Origin: Octopus sinensis
Taxonomy: Eukaryota
Reading direction: 5' to 3'
Assembly (NCBI RefSeq): GCF_006345805.1
Contig: NW_021834286.1
Coordinates: forward strand, 351 to 64,350
Length of the DNA: 64,000 nucleotides
The translations under genes were made by a program, and so were the position numbers. Every line of letters starts with the position of its first letter. The first letter of the stretch is position 1. This document shows positions 29,282 through 43,504 of the stretch, one piece after another. Below the pieces are notes generated by a model. That model did no database searches. It saw nothing but the letters and a program-made list of their open reading frames with translations, and had not been told where the DNA came from.

Positions 29282-29937
29282 ATAGGAAATGTGTAATTGA
29301 ATATATATATATATATATATCCATATATGTGTGTGAGTGTTCAGTGGAAATTTTATAATTATATACAATCTAACTTTACCTCAGAGTTACATTATAAATT
29401 TAACATTATAAATATCGTAAGAATGTTTTTCTTTAATGGCATATTACAAAAAAAATTCAAATACATATGGGTGTGTATGAATGGCAAAAGCCTGAGTATG
29501 TGTGTCTGTGTGTGCATGTATGTATGTATTCATATACATGTGTTCTAAACCTGTATACATGTACATGACATGCCTGTATATAATGGGTATAGATGTGTCT
29601 AAATACATGTATATATATACACGGAAACTCTCGCATACTCACACACACACGTGTAAACATACAAAGGTATATATCTATACACAGACATCGATGTATATGC
29701 ATTTATATAATGGGTATATAATGGAAGTGAAATACAAAGAAAAAATGAATATTCATGCATAATTGTACCCAAAACATACATACCCAGAGATTTACATATA
29801 GGAAAATCATTAAACACATACATGTACACACACACACACATACGCATACATACACACACACACATGTGAATGACTGAATACAGTTATGTACATCTAGGAA
29901 TGTGTATATATATATGTGTATGTGTTTATGGCATGAA

Positions 29938-29988
<51 letters not shown>

Positions 29989-30001
29989 TAAATCAATATA
30001 C

Positions 30002-30060
<59 letters not shown>

Positions 30061-30193
30061 TTATGTATGTATATATATATATATATATATATAATGTATA
30101 TGTATGCATGTATGTATTCATACATACATCTTTCTATATATGAATACAAATGCATCAATATAAATATATATATATATATAATATATATATATT

Positions 30194-30237
<44 letters not shown>

Positions 30238-30435
30238 CCGTGAACGTATCTTTTTACCTACACACACAAAAATTAACGCACACACATATAATATATATCT
30301 TTTTCTATGAAAATGCATTCATCAATATCCGGACATAAGTAGAAACGGCTTATATATTCCTGATCACGTCGTATTGTGCATTTGTACGCATATGATTACA
30401 CGATGCATATCACGTCATATGCATACATATTTGTG

Positions 30436-30488
<53 letters not shown>

Positions 30489-31564
30489 GTATGTATATAT
30501 ATATATGTATGTATATGTATATATGTATATATATATACGTACTTATATATGTGAGTGTATATGCATGTGCTGTGTGTATAAAGGAATGTATAAGTGTGTA
30601 AATATATATATATATAATATATAATATATATATTATATATATATATGCGTATGCCTGTATCTACTTATATATGTATATATTATATTAAATTATATATATA
30701 TATATAATATACATATAAACGTGTGTATATATTTGCGTCAAAGAAATGTTAGGAGGGGGTGAAGAACAATTTTCAAAGATCTACCCCCTTAATATATACG
30801 TCTGTAAACATGTATACACACACACGCATATATATATATTTATATAGATAGATATATGTATGCATATATATACATACAGACATACATATATATATACATG
30901 TATGCATGTATATACATTTTTTATTAATTAAGACGTTTCTATAATGTACATGTATTAAGTAGCTTCCACGTATATGGCATGTATATATATATATGTACAT
31001 ATATATACATGTATGCATGTAACAATTATACAGATTGAGAGAGAGGAGTAGAAAGTATGGTAGAGAGAGAGAGGGAGGGAGAAAGAAAGAGAGCGGTAAG
31101 GAAAATAATTCCATACATATTTTTTTGTGCCTGACATAGTAATGTCTTAGATGTCTAAGGTTTGTGCGTGATATTAAAGTGAGTCGTGTCTTTCATTCTT
31201 ATTATCATTTTGATAATCAACAGTTTGTCCAATTAATTTTTTACGCTATTCTTTATGCTATATGTCTCATCTAAATCAACCGATATATATTCAAAGCACT
31301 TTCATCTATAACCACTACTTTTTCTTTTACATCTTCCATCGTCCCAACATCTATGCAATGAGTGTTGCCATGTCTAAATACTTAGTGGTACGTCTTTGCT
31401 GCTTTTAATGTCTAAAGGCTGATTGTTTTCTTTGGTGCGGCGTGATCATGTAAATCTCTTTATTTTTTGCTTTGTTTGAATTTAGTTTTTTTTCTCCATT
31501 CCCGCAGATAAATCTTGGGTCAAGACACCTTTCATTAATGCTCTTTCATGTCCACCCTAGTGAA

Positions 31565-31942
31565 GGGTGAACTGGGAGAACAGTTAGCACGCTGTTTGAC
31601 ATGCTTAATCGTATTTCGTATGTCGTTGTGTTCTGAGTTCAAATTCCGCCGAGGCCGACACTCCTTTCATTCTTTAGGGTCGATAAATTAAATACTATTG
31701 GGGTCGGTGTATCGACAATTCACTCCCCATAATTTAGTAGAAAGGATCTAATTGTTGTAGTTGCTGTTGTTATTGCGAAGTGTGAGCTGGAAGAAAAGTT
31801 AGCACGTCGAGCAAAGTATTCCGAGTTCGAATTCCGCCGAGGTCGACTTTGTCTTTCATCCTTTCATGATCGATGAATTGAGTACCCTTCCCACAAATTT
31901 GTGGGTTTGTGCCAATACCTGGAAGGATTATTATTATTATTG

Positions 31943-31995
<53 letters not shown>

Positions 31996-32430
31996 GCGAT
32001 GATGTCGAGCTGGCAGAATCATTTTCGTGTCGGACAAAATGCTTAGCGGTGCTCTACTCCGTCCGTCATTTCACTCAGACTGCAAATTCTGCCGAGGTCA
32101 AATTTGAGTTTCATCCTTTCGGGATAGTTAAAAATAAGTACCAGTTGAGTATTCGAGTCGTTGTAATAGACTTAGCCCTCCATTGAAATTCCTGGTCTTG
32201 AGGCAAAATTTCAAATCACGATTATCATTATTTTTCAAGGCGGTGTTCTAGTACAATAAGAAGTACACCGTGCAAAATATTTAGCCGCATTTTATGCCGT
32301 GTTAATGTTCTGGGTGACGTTCTCACAAAATTATCCTGCCTTTTCACCTTTTGTACAAGCGTACCAGTCAATTACTGGGGTCAATATGTTTGAATTTTCC
32401 CTGTACCCCAAATTTCAGGCCTTGCGCCTA
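31565..32430 (+). mobile_element. Four consecutive co-oriented SINE family 3 copies
   Basis: The gagttcaaattccgccgaggtcgac-type core recurs at ~31635, ~31822 and ~32085, with a fourth degraded copy at ~32240-32430. Confidence 0.75.
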
Positions 32431-32547
32431 TGATACAAAATACTTTATTATTACTTTTTACTAGACACAGGGTTCCATGGCTATCGTTATACTTCACGCT
32501 ATATGAAGTGTTGATGTAGTTTATATTGTAAAGATATGGGAGTAAAT

Positions 32548-32588
<41 letters not shown>

Positions 32589-32684
32589 GTCAGTTCAAAT
32601 AAACGAAAAACAAAAAGAAAACCAATGAGCGTGAGAATGTACACAAGAAGTGTATTAGCTTAATGCTCGGTGATAGGAGAAATG

Positions 32685-32716
32685 TTAACGTTTCGAGCAA
32701 ACTCTACGTCGGAAAG
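32685..32716 (-). ncRNA. Degenerate hammerhead-like motif in a repeat (32630-32770) related to 42690-42830
   Basis: Minus: CTTT-CCGACGT-A-GAG-tttg-CTC-GAAA-C-GT-T-AA; core CCGACG(T), palindrome AACGTT. Confidence 0.4.
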
Positions 32717-32848
32717 GAGAAAGGGAAAAGTGAAAAGAAAGAGAAAAATCGCCAACGGCTCACATGTAGTTAGATTACTGAAGTACACACACACACACAC
32801 ATACACACACAGATACACACACACACATACACACACACTCTCTCACAA

Positions 32849-32898
<50 letters not shown>

Positions 32899-33090
32899 AA
32901 ACAAGCTCCTCTCCTAGGGATGTAAAACATCCAATTTTAATACCCAATATAGTTGAAAAAAACTTTCTCGAATACAAATAGGTACGTATACAAAATATAT
33001 AATATTAACATGGAAATGGATAGTTTAAACTGACTTATGTTAATTCATTAATATAATATTATATTCTGATTGTAAAATTTAAAATATAGT

Positions 33091-33450
33091 CCCTACAATT
33101 GTTTCAATTGAAACCCCAATATCAAAAATTCATGTTATAGAAATATTTGAGTAAGAATCCCATCAGGCTAAACTAGACGAAAGCCACATATGAGAAACCT
33201 GAAATCGTAAAACAGACTGAATTAATATATGTTTATGTTTGTCAGTGTGAGCGCCAATCCTTAAATTTAAAACAATATGGCTACTGACGCTCACACTTGT
33301 ATACAAATGTATGTATTCATTCAGTCTGTTTTACAATTTTAGATTTCTCATATGTGGTTTTCTTTCAGTTAACCCTGATGAGATTCTTACACAAATATTT
33401 CAATAATATGAATTTTGGGTTTTGGGATTTGAATTGAAACAATTGTAGGG
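33091..33450. mobile_element. ~360-bp imperfect palindrome: two head-to-head PLE-like termini, each ending in a hammerhead motif
   Basis: Arms 33091-~33256 and ~33286-33450 are reverse complements (ccctacaattgtttcaatt / aattgaaacaattgtaggg; cacatatgagaaa / tttctcatatgtg; agtgtgagcg / cgctcacact). Confidence 0.85.
33373..33450 (+). ncRNA. Type I hammerhead motif, near-canonical
   Basis: CC-CTGATGA-GATTC...GAATT-GAAA-C-AATT-GT-A-GG; palindrome ACAATTGT, GUA triplet, short stem I. The mirror copy at 33091-33168 (minus) has CTGATGG. Confidence 0.65.
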
Positions 33451-33810
33451 AATCTATTTAATTTTACATTATAATGTCTATATAATATTATGTCAATAAA
33501 TTAACGTCAGTTTAAACACTCCATTTTCCTATTATATGTATATATATATATATGTGTGTGTGTGTGTACGCATGTGTGTATGAGTGCATGTATCTGGGGG
33601 GGTGCATCTGTGTGCATGTATTCATATGTAAATATGAACGAATACAAGATAGGACACAATGCCATTTTAGAAATTAACGATAATTTACTTTGGTCGAGCC
33701 TGTGTCCTGCTGCTGCCTCGAGTCAAGAAAACACTCACATATACTTAATTATATAAATATATATGCTTGTGACATATTGACCTAGGATTTGTCAAACAAT
33801 CACATATATT

Positions 33811-33847
<37 letters not shown>

Positions 33848-34325
33848 AACATACATGCATAATTACATAAGGCAGTACTTTTCAACCTTTTTGCTGGAGT
33901 GGAACCCAAAAGAAACATTCCACTGGCTCGAGGAACCCCTGTGCAATAATTTAATTGTCTTATGCAAAAAAACACCATTTGATTAATGAAAAGAAAATAT
34001 GTCATAAGGTGTATCGTTCCAGGGAAAACAAATTGATCGTATATATTTGTATTGATGTAGATCACATTTTATATTTCGAAATATCTACCTCACAAAACAT
34101 TCGAAGAACATAGTTGTTGATTTGTTGGATAGTTTGGTAATGACAACGTTCTAATTACCATAATATACAGAGGGAAATTTCAATAGTTTTTTCATATATG
34201 CATACTTATTATTCTCACCTCCACTCTCATCATATTGATATAAACAGACACATGTACATAGAGAGAGATGTACATATTCAGATATACATACAAACACAGA
34301 TGCATATTATGTGTGTATACATATG

Positions 34326-34690
34326 TATATAATCGCAGGTGTGACTATGTGGTAAGAAGCTTGCTCCCCAACAATATGCTTCCGGGTCCAGTCCGAACTG
34401 CGTGGCACATTGGGCAAGTGTTTGTTGTAGCCTCAGGCTATATATATAGCAGTCCGTCGTATATATATATAGGTATATATTTATCCGTGTGTCTTTGTGC
34501 CTGTGTAAGGCCCGCAACCGCGTGTTGGTGTGTTTTTTGTCCCCGTAACTTAGCGGATCGGCAGGGGAAACCGATAGAATAAGTACCAGGCTTAAAAAGA
34601 ACAAGTCCACAGGTCGACTTATCTAATAAAAGGCGATGGTCCAACATGGCCCCAGTCAAGTGACTGAAACATGTAAAAGAATAAAAGAAA
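34326..34690 (+). mobile_element. SINE family 1
   Basis: Collinear with 18773-19190. Confidence 0.8.
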
Positions 34691-34714
34691 CATATACATA
34701 TATACATACATACG

Positions 34715-34789
<75 letters not shown>

Positions 34790-35289
34790 GAAGAGATTGA
34801 TCTAAGAAGCGGTTTCACTTTTTATCTGCAGAATTCTGCACACTCTCCTTGTTTTTTTTTCTCTAAAAATCAGAAACAGACAGAGATTTTGCTTGTGCGA
34901 TTTTATTTTGTTTCTAAGTTGTAAACAGTATTCTATTAGATTTTACTGCTTCATTTTTATTTGTTCCTTCTGAAAAAAATGGTGTGTATGTTATTTTTTT
35001 TTTTTTAATTAATTGCATTTAACAGATCTTTAAGTATGAATTAGGATGTCACGAATCTCAGCTAGTCAATCTACCTGTTGCTTGTATGGTTGTCGCATCC
35101 CCCCACACACTCATCCACATACAGACTGAGACACACACACATTCACATATACATATATATATATATATTAATTCTACATAATCGTATATATGTATATATA
35201 TATATATATGTGTGTGTGGATCACTATACACACAGCTCTCTCTCTTTCTCTCTATCTCTATCTATATACTACTACTACTACTACTACTC

Positions 35290-35374
<85 letters not shown>

Positions 35375-35484
35375 TCTAAACACCCTAACAATACAATGCC
35401 ATACAGATATGTAATATTATATATATATGCATGCAAATATAGCGATACTATGTAGACATATATGTGCAAATATATTCATATATA

Positions 35485-35511
35485 GGCAGGCAGACAGACA
35501 GACAGACAGAC

Positions 35512-35547
<36 letters not shown>

Positions 35548-35609
35548 GGATAGATAAATAGATAGATAGATAGATAGATAAATAGACAAACAAAAAGACA
35601 GATAGAGAC

Positions 35610-35668
<59 letters not shown>

Positions 35669-35670
35669 AA
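35485..35670. repeat. (AGAC)n/(ATAG)n tetranucleotide array
   Basis: Seen directly in the sequence. Confidence 0.95.
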
Positions 35671-36205
35671 GAGAATAATGTATGCTGTGTACATAATTAC
35701 AATGATTATTACATAAGTTACTGGTTGGCCGAAAAATTAAAGCTATATACAACATAACATCATTATGCATTTATATATGTAGATAATACATATGTATGTG
35801 TGACTATGCAGAGATATCTACGTATATCTATACAGCTGTGCGTCTGTCCGTGAGCATATTTGTGTACGTGTGTATGTGTTTGTATGTGTGTGTATGTGTT
35901 TGTATGTGTGTGTGTATGTGTGTGTGTGGTATAATGACAGACAAAGAGAGGAAGTGAGATAGAGATATGATTAAATATTTAAATAGGCAGGTAGGCATAT
36001 AGGTAAAAATCTGATTATGATAGTTTGAAGCAGAGAAAATGGTGAGTGGACGAGTGAGAGCAGTTATGCTTGTAGATATAAATTTGTATGATGCCCCACC
36101 CAACAACAAAAAAAGAAAAACGGAGTACATTTGAAGAATGTTGACAAGTTTTATGCACATTATATATGCATGCATATCGACATATATACATATATTCATA
36201 TACAT

Positions 36206-36243
<38 letters not shown>

Positions 36244-36345
36244 TGAATATATATACATATATTCATATAATGTATTATATATGTATATATATATGAATAT
36301 ATATATATATATACATATATGTATATAGGTATATAATATATGCAT

Positions 36346-36390
<45 letters not shown>

Positions 36391-36532
36391 GTATTTGCAT
36401 ATATACACACACTCTCTCTCTCTCACTCGCTCTCTCTCTCTCGTTTATTGTTATTTTTTCTCTCTCCTCTTTCGTCGCCAGGCTGTGAGTAGAGAATGGT
36501 GTTAGTATTGGCAAGCATTAGCTAAACATTAC

Positions 36533-36619
36533 CTAAGGTGATTGCAACATGTAGAAGCGAGAGACAGTAGCACTAACATCTCTGCTTTGATACCGGGTGG
36601 CTGCTACTGGAGGCGTTAT
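36533..36619 (-). other. Candidate 87-nt exon (splice-bounded, but with a stop in each frame)
   Basis: Minus: long polypyrimidine tract then aacAG; donor tag|GTAATG. The phase-0 frame ITPPVAATRYQSRDVSATVSRFYMLQSP is closed only by its final TAG. Confidence 0.2.
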
Positions 36620-36989
36620 CTGTTGTAGGTGTTGCAGATAAAGTAGGAAATCGAGAGAATAAAAATAGAAAAGAAGAACAAGGAAAGATAGAGATGATAC
36701 CGGAGGGTTAGGAGGATGTGTCGTCGGAACCATAGCTTAGGAGAAGAGGAGGATGGATGGATGGATGGATGGATGGATGGAAGTGGTCGAGGTATATTTT
36801 TTTTATTTGGAATATGTGTGTCTATATATATGTCTGTGTGTGTCAGTGCGTGAGAGGGTGTGTGCATGCATGTGCACGTCTGTGTGTTCGTGTGTGAATT
36901 TATGTATGTGTGTGAATGTATGTATGTGTGTATATATACTTACATACCTACACTAATTTATGTGTATATACGGGTAGCTTTTGTTTTAT

Positions 36990-37023
<34 letters not shown>

Positions 37024-37519
37024 ATATAATATAATATATATATATATACACCTGCCACTGATATGACTATAAAGGTACGTACATATACACATATATGCAT
37101 CATATGTGCACAATTTAATATATTATATACGTATAAATATGTATATACTATATATAGCCATATTGATATATTGTACGTATAATTATATATAGATATATAC
37201 CTATATATATACATAAATATATATATATATTATATATGCATACACATATATATGCCCACTCACACGCATGCATTCACGCGTACAAACACACACACACGTT
37301 CCTATTAATAATCAAGCACAGACCTATTATCGTACGTATAATAGCAGGTGTGCGATTGCTATTAATTAATTAATTGCAATTAATTTTGAAAAAGAAATAT
37401 TTCCCTATGAATTACAGCTATTAATTAACATCAAATTATCTATTAGCATCCATAATACTATTAGTATTTATAAATCTATAAACAAAGAACATCTATATTA
37501 TTGTAGTTCTTTATTTCAG

Positions 37520-37589
37520 TCTTACTGTCTCCAAGACTGTAATGTCCTCCTGCCAACGTCCTTCAGGTGTTTTTGAGAATTTTAAGACG
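37520..37589 (+). CDS. Candidate 70-nt exon of an unidentified gene
   Basis: Acceptor ttctttatttcAG, donor acg|GTAAGG; one open frame LTVSKTVMSSCQRPSGVFENFKT. Confidence 0.25.
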
Positions 37590-37989
37590 GTAAGGTGTGA
37601 ACTATGAAAGATTTAGCTGTCATTTGCTGTACATCAAACCTCTGCATGGCTTGATAATAAACGTCTAAATGTTTGTGTGACTTTGTGAAACGTAGGTGGC
37701 AATATTTCTTCATAAGAGTGAAGCTTTGTATCAATTTAATGGTTAACAAAAAATATACGCCTTTAGATAACATGCTCTATGTGTGTGTGTCTGTTTGTGT
37801 GTGTGTGTGTGAGTGTGTGTGTGCGTGTGTGTGTGTGTGTAAATATACATATAACATATATATATATATACACACACATTGTTGATTCTTGAGACATGTG
37901 TATATGTAATCACGTGTGAATATATTGCAATGCTTCAGTGTATGAGTGTATAAATCTCTGTGTACGTATGAATGTGTTTATACATACAT

Positions 37990-38039
<50 letters not shown>

Positions 38040-39399
38040 TTGTTGATTCTGGGGACATGGGTATATGTAATCACGTGTGAATATGATAGTGTTTCAATTT
38101 GTGAGTGTATTAGTATGTGTGTGTGTGTGTGGTGTGTGTGTGTGTGTGTGTGTGTGTTTCTGATGAGGTGGTCACCGTCTCTTCATTACCCTTCAGTATT
38201 GCTCTAATCTTAATGACATAATATTAATACCAACACATTGGTGACCATAACACCTTTTTTTTTTTTTAGTTTTTTCCTTCATACTCCACTCTCTCGTTTC
38301 AATTTTTCGTTACTACATTTTTTTTACACAGCTATTCTTACTTAGAACTCTATTTCCCGATATTTCGTTTATTTTACGAAAACCGTATTGTCTGCTTTGA
38401 GGGCAGTTTCGCTGGGTTTTTTTTTTCAAGGACCACGAGTGAGATTTTAGAGAACTGTCAATGCTATATTTTCTGTTATGGTGATGAGCTATGCCAATGG
38501 TAGTGATGGTGCTGCTGATGATTAGTGAGTGTTTTTAGTGTGGATGATGCAGTCTGTTGTGATTCTTAACCGTTTGTTTGTTTGTTTTTTTCTTTTATTA
38601 ATTTTTTTGTACATGGCGTTCCTGAATAGAAACGTTCATACATACATACATGCATTGCAGAATTTACGTACCTAACTACATACCACCCTTCCCCGCTCAC
38701 TCCCTCTCTCCCTACCTACCTCCTTCCATTACTCCCTCCCCTTCTCATACACGCAAGCCTACATACTTACATACAACCTATATGCATATATATATATATA
38801 TATATATCAGAGATAGCTGTTTAATGTATCGCATATATGTATATGCTTATATTATATACTTTATATATATATATATATATATATTATATTATATATATAT
38901 ATTATATACATACACATTATATATATATATATATGCATATATATATGCACATAAATAGTTATGCTTATTTCCATTCATACATAATGATACATGATACATA
39001 TTAATAATGTCGGTAATATGTAACATAGACGTACATAATTATATATGTATATATATATATATATACATATACATATGTGTGAATAAATGTACATGTTTGT
39101 GGGTATGTATTATGTATGTATATCTGTAGATTGAGTGACAAATTAGGAAACAGTGCAATATCGATAGAAAGGTATGTATGTTGATTGCTATACTTAGATA
39201 TAACTACTCGCATACAGTTCTGTGTGTATGTGTATTCATACATACACAATACATACATATATATATATATATATATATGAGTGTTTATATGTATATATAT
39301 ATATGTGTGTATATGCAGACAAGACACATGCATTACATACATAGACGTGTGCTGTGGGTGTGTCATTGCATTAATGCTGATAGCATTGTGGTACACATG

Positions 39400-40318
39400 T
39401 AGCTGCAACAATGGTTGTGGTGATAGTGACAGTGGAGGCAGCGGTGTGGCGACTGCTTTGAAGTCTAGTAGCTTTCACAATACTAATGACATCGGTGATA
39501 ATGACAGGGAGGTGGAGATGGAGGTGGAGGAGGAAGAGGAGGCAAAGGGGGAGGGGAGTAGAAAGAAGTAGGAGGAGGAGGAGGTGGTGTGGGAGGAGTT
39601 GATAGACGAAGCGAATCGGAATTAATTCTGCGTGGAGTGCTGTAATGATGATTAAGAAGAGGGGGATGACGATGAGGAGGAGGAGGAAGAGGATAAGAGG
39701 AATGTATGAGAAAGGGCGGGAGGAATAGATTAACAGCCACGATGAATATTTTGAGGTGAATGTATGATGTGGTCGTTGGATGACGAGGAAGATTATAAAG
39801 AATCGAAAGATGACTGCAATGGTTTTCATTGAAGCTGTTGTTGATGATGTTGATGGTGATGATGATGATGATGATGATGGTGATGATTCTCCTCACCCTC
39901 TTTCTCCCCCTCCTGTTCTTCCGCATCGTTGTCGATCTCATTGCCAACTTCCTCATTACTCTCGACGTCAACATCATCATCGTCATCGCCATCGTCATCG
40001 GTATCATCACAACTGGCATCATCAGCATCATCATTTTCATTGTCGTCATTATCATCATCATCAATATCACCTTCATCGCCACCACTGTCGTCAACGTCAC
40101 CCTGTTCGTGTTTGGCGTCGTTATCATCATCGTCAACTGCATCATCATCATCATCATCATTAGCAGCAGCGACAGCAGCATCGTCATTATTATCAACATC
40201 GTCGTGGTCGCTGTCATGGTCGTCGTCAACATTATCATCATCGTTATCATCATCATCATCATCATCGTCATCATCATCATCATCATCATCATCGACAGAA
40301 TCATCATCATCATCATCA

Positions 40319-40349
<31 letters not shown>

Positions 40350-40681
40350 TGTCGGCGTCATCATCATCATCATCATCATCATCATCGTCGTCGTCGGCGT
40401 CATCATCATGATCATTTTTACTTTCCCCATCACCATCAACCTCATCGTCGTCGTCTTCATCCTCAGCGTCATCATCATTATCGAGTCGTTTACCGATCGC
40501 TATGCTATCTACATGCCCATGTCACGTATATTACATATAATTATATATATATACTGTTGCATATTGCATAGTAATCGTGTTGTGTAATAAACAATATTTC
40601 AGTTAATACGTCCGAATGCGAAAACGACTGCGATGACGACGACGACGATGATGACGATGACGATGATGATGATGATAATGG

Positions 40682-40727
<46 letters not shown>

Positions 40728-40752
40728 GATGATGGTGATGATGATGATGATA

Positions 40753-40791
<39 letters not shown>

Positions 40792-40922
40792 GAGGTGGTA
40801 GTTCTGGTGGTGGTTGTGGGGAGAGGTGGTAATGATGGTAATGAGCATGGCGTTAGTGGAGTTTGTGCTGTGTGCTTCGGGGGTGTTGGTTCTAATGATG
40901 ATGATGATGGTGGTAGTGATGA

Positions 40923-40956
<34 letters not shown>

Positions 40957-41060
40957 TGTAATGATGACGGTGAATACTACTACTTCAACGACTACTACGA
41001 TGATGGTGACGATGATGATGATGATGAGGAGGAGGATGGGGATGAAAACGACGAAAAAAT
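39400..41060. repeat. Mosaic trinucleotide field (GAG, GAT, CAT, CGT) with polarity switches
   Basis: (GAT)n at 39830-39890, (CAT/CGT)n at 39960-40490, (GAT)n at 40630-41050; source of the long poly-M/H/I/S/D ORFs. Confidence 0.9.
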
Positions 41061-42129
41061 CTAAATATAGACTAGAAACACTCTCCATATTGTTTATTTT
41101 TGTTGTAGTTGCTGGTGCAGTTGTTTAAGTTGTTGTTCCAATTGTTGGTGTTGTTGTTGATATTCTTATTGTCCCAGTTATAGTTGCTATTCTATTTTAT
41201 GTCCTAGAATATTGTCGCAGCGCGAGAGATTTTTTTTTTTTCTTTTCTTAATATCATTGCAGTGTCATTATTTATATTTTTTATCTTTTATTCCTTTAAC
41301 AGAAGAGAATATGCTGTTTCCGTGAACACCGTGTCTGCTGAAAAAAAAAAAAGAGAAAAAATGGAAGAGTTTAACCTGCCACCGCTTCATCGACCAGAAT
41401 GCTCACAACACAGTCGATTCCGCAAAAGCATTTACGAGTCAATGGTAACAGAAATCCGGACAATGTTTTTATTGTCTTACACGCCCACCATTTCTTTCGT
41501 TGCTTTTTTCTTTAATTGCTTAATTTATTCGGGAAGAGGCATGGTCTAGAGTTTAGTGTGTTGCATTCACGATTACAAAATCGCAGTTTCGATCCCCAGA
41601 ATGGCTGTGCCTGGAGTTTCGCCTATTTTTTCTTCTCTTTGTTGCATTTCCTGTTTATGTTCTTCATTTCTCGTTGCTGCAGTTCACCTTGCGACGGACG
41701 GGCGTTCTTTCAGAAAATATTCTGCCGGCCGTCCTAGCCACAAGGCATCATTCGAAAGCTAGTACAATACCAAGAAGTGCAAAGTGACAAGTAGTGTATA
41801 ACAGCATCTGAAATCTGGTCAATACGCTCATTTAACTTTACCTTAATTGTTCTCATCAGCTGTGCCACAAACACGTTTTTGCTAAATACCTAGCAACACA
41901 TTTTGGGCGGAAGTAATTTGTGGCGTTTGAGGAATCTGTGCATTTTGCACTTATCTTTGTAGTACAAGATGCGTTTCCTTTCACATCAGGCGCAAACTTT
42001 AATTGTTTTCGTTCTTGCAATTTCTTGCAATAGAGAGTCGTGTTGCAGTCAAGTGCCCCATCCAATTTTAGTGATTGTATCATTTTAGCTTCTAATTTTT
42101 TAATTTCAGTTATTGAAGCACCCCCATGG

Positions 42130-42191
<62 letters not shown>

Positions 42192-42324
42192 TACAAGAAA
42201 TTACAGGGTAAATGTTTTTATTCCTGTTTACGGAATTAATCTTTATTTGCGGTAGAAGCTTTGGCTGTTATTTCTAGTGTGAATGGCCTATTATGGCCGT
42301 TCCTTAATTGTTAATATATATATA

Positions 42325-42378
<54 letters not shown>

Positions 42379-42394
42379 ATATATATATAACAAT

Positions 42395-42615
42395 TCTTTT
42401 CATGTTTTCATTCTTTTATTTGTTTCAGTCATGTGACTGTGGCCATGCTGGAGCACCAAATTTAGTCGAACAAATGGATCCCAGAACTTATTCTTTATAA
42501 GTCTGGTATTTATTCTGTAGAACTCATTTTGCCGAATCTCTAGTTTTCGGGAACCTAAACACTTCAACATCAGTTGCCAAGTGATGATGGGGTGGGGGCA
42601 AAAACAAAGACACAC
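42395..42615 (-). mobile_element. SINE family 1, 3' half
   Basis: tttgtttcagtcatgtgactgtggccatgctggagcacc is the reverse complement of the family tail. Confidence 0.75.
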
Positions 42616-42759
42616 AAACATATATATATATATAATATATATATATATATTATATATATATATATATAATATATATATATACAAAGGGAAAGTTTACGAA
42701 GGCAGGTGGAGTACAAACAAATGTATTAGAATAGCGCACAGGAATAGAAATAGAAAAAG

Positions 42760-42797
42760 TCTTTTACGTTTCGAGCCTACGCTCTTCGACAGAAAGA
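42760..42797 (-). ncRNA. Minimal type I hammerhead-like motif with variant core, in a repeat (42683-42830) flanked by (TA)n
   Basis: Minus: TCTTT-CTGTCGA-A-GAGC-gtag-GCTC-GAAA-C-GT-A-AAAGA. Perfect 5-bp stem I, 4-bp stem II, GUA triplet; same family as 9860-9895. Confidence 0.65.
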
Positions 42798-42899
42798 TAC
42801 ACAGAAAAAAACAAGGAGAGAAAAAATATATATATATACATATATACGTATATATATACATACACACACATACACACACACACACGTATATATATATAT

Positions 42900-43207
42900 A
42901 TCACATGATCACATGACTAACCAGGCCATCAGATGTTGCTACACATCGCTGGTCACAATGCACTTCGCATTGTTTTAGCTCCCAATGACGCCACCTCGCT
43001 CGCTATGCGAGCAGGCCAACAGAGGAAAGAGTGAGAGAAAGTTATGGCGAAAGAGTACAGCAGGGATCGCCACCATCCCCTGCGGAGCCTCGTGGTGCTT
43101 CTAGGTATTTTCGCTCAATAAACATTCACAAGGCCCCGTCTGGGAATCGAAACCGCGATCCTACGACCGCGAGTCCGCTGCCCTAACCACTGGGCCATTG
43201 CACCTCC
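42900..43207 (-). mobile_element. SINE family 2, full length
   Basis: Reverse-complement homologue of 28230-28510. Confidence 0.85.
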
Positions 43208-43232
43208 GCACACACACACGCATACACACACG

Positions 43233-43296
<64 letters not shown>

Positions 43297-43300
43297 ATAT

Positions 43301-43354
<54 letters not shown>

Positions 43355-43504
43355 GCCTACATAAATACATACCTACATAAATACATACACACACACATAT
43401 ATATAATTTAACTGCACCAGAAATTGATCAATCCATATATTTCTTACTTGTCTTTCTAATTTATTTTGGTTGTATATTCTAGCTTATAATATGTGCAATA
43501 GGTA

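Noticed and set aside
38160-38185. CTGATGA-GGTG-gt-CACC
   Set aside because: Followed by GTCTC rather than GAAA.
39483-41128. Long ORFs of 127-331 aa (poly-M/T/H/I/S/D)
   Set aside because: Overlapping ORFs on both strands of a trinucleotide field; openness is explained by repeat composition.
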